DNA from: Octopus sinensis | Taxonomy: Eukaryota | Assembly: GCF_006345805.1 (NCBI RefSeq) | Contig: NC_043011.1 | Location: 37,398,464-37,462,463, forward strand | Reading direction: 5' to 3' | DNA: 64,000 nucleotides | In this document: positions 63,591 through 64,000 of the stretch, in pieces | How positions within the stretch are numbered: the stretch's first letter is position 1 | Layout of the letters: every line of letters begins with the position of its first letter | Made by a program: the position numbers and the translations under genes | The notes under the pieces: model-generated | What the model was told of the DNA's origin: nothing | Seen by the model: the letters and a program-made list of their open reading frames with translations, nothing else | The model's database searches: none

Positions 63591-63677
63591 CCTTCTATAT
63601 AATAAATAAATTTTACTCTGCTATGTATTGAGTACCTTATTTACTGTGGTTAACCCCGAATCAACCGGGACCTACAT
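63541..63677 (+). mobile_element. Hammerhead-bearing Penelope-like/retrozyme fragment in (TA)n
   Basis: 137-bp non-repetitive insert with long (TA)n on both sides. Confidence 0.65.
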
Positions 63678-63704
63678 ATATATATATATATATTATATAT
63701 ATAA

Positions 63705-63744
<40 letters not shown>

Positions 63745-63747
63745 CCA

Positions 63748-63830
63748 GTACAGTACAGTTTCTTCTCAGATTTTCACCATCGCGAATAATTTTGGAACGT
63801 AACACCCGCGATAGTCGAGGGTATTACTCT
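63748..63830 (-). mobile_element. pogo/Tigger-like MITE terminal fragment
   Basis: Reverse complement agtaataccctcgactatcgcgggtgttacgttccaaaa; homologous to 33091-33180. Confidence 0.55.
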
Positions 63831-63879
63831 ATCAACTTTTAGTGTTTCCCATTATCATCACAATTCATTCCTTTATAGG

Positions 63880-64000
63880 GATAAGGGTCTAAAATCTTAC
63901 TGGAGGTCCTTGTCGATTACATCGACCCCAGTGTTCAAATGGTTCTTACTTTATCAATCACGAAGAATGAAGGGCAAAATCGATCTTGGTTGAAAATAAA
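63880..64000 (-). mobile_element. SINE-A degraded copy, running off the window end
   Basis: gtcgattacatcgaccccagtgttc...gaatgaagggcaaaatcgatct. Confidence 0.7.

Overview
AT-rich, repeat-dominated animal genomic DNA, intergenic or deep intronic. The SINE, LINE and microsatellite content is of the kind I associate with octopod cephalopod genomes (inference; no database search was run). I can support no intact host protein-coding gene. Nearly all ORF-track hits are microsatellite translations, SINE antisense frames or transposon fossils. Contents: (i) three tRNA-derived SINE groups (here SINE-A, a CORE-type SINE-B, and SINE-C); (ii) 5'-truncated LINE fossils (CR1/L2-like, R4/Dong-like, RTE-like, Tx1/L1-like); (iii) a decayed mariner transposase, mariner MITEs and pogo/Tigger-like ends; (iv) several fold-back elements. 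The standout is an ~830-bp near-perfect palindrome (22256-23083) inside a (TA)n tract. Each arm carries an intact type-I hammerhead ribozyme, and the left arm has a 33-nt terminal redundancy implying a 489-nt tandem or circular template (Penelope-like pLTR or retrozyme). Three more hammerhead-bearing elements of unrelated sequence occur at ~47.8, ~51.1 and ~63.6 kb. Also notable: a SINE-A tail variant that repeatedly nests at one fixed GGTA site inside its own family, and a Tx1-like LINE in a (GATA)n tract whose 3' end matches the SINE-A tail. All alignments and RNA folds were made by eye.
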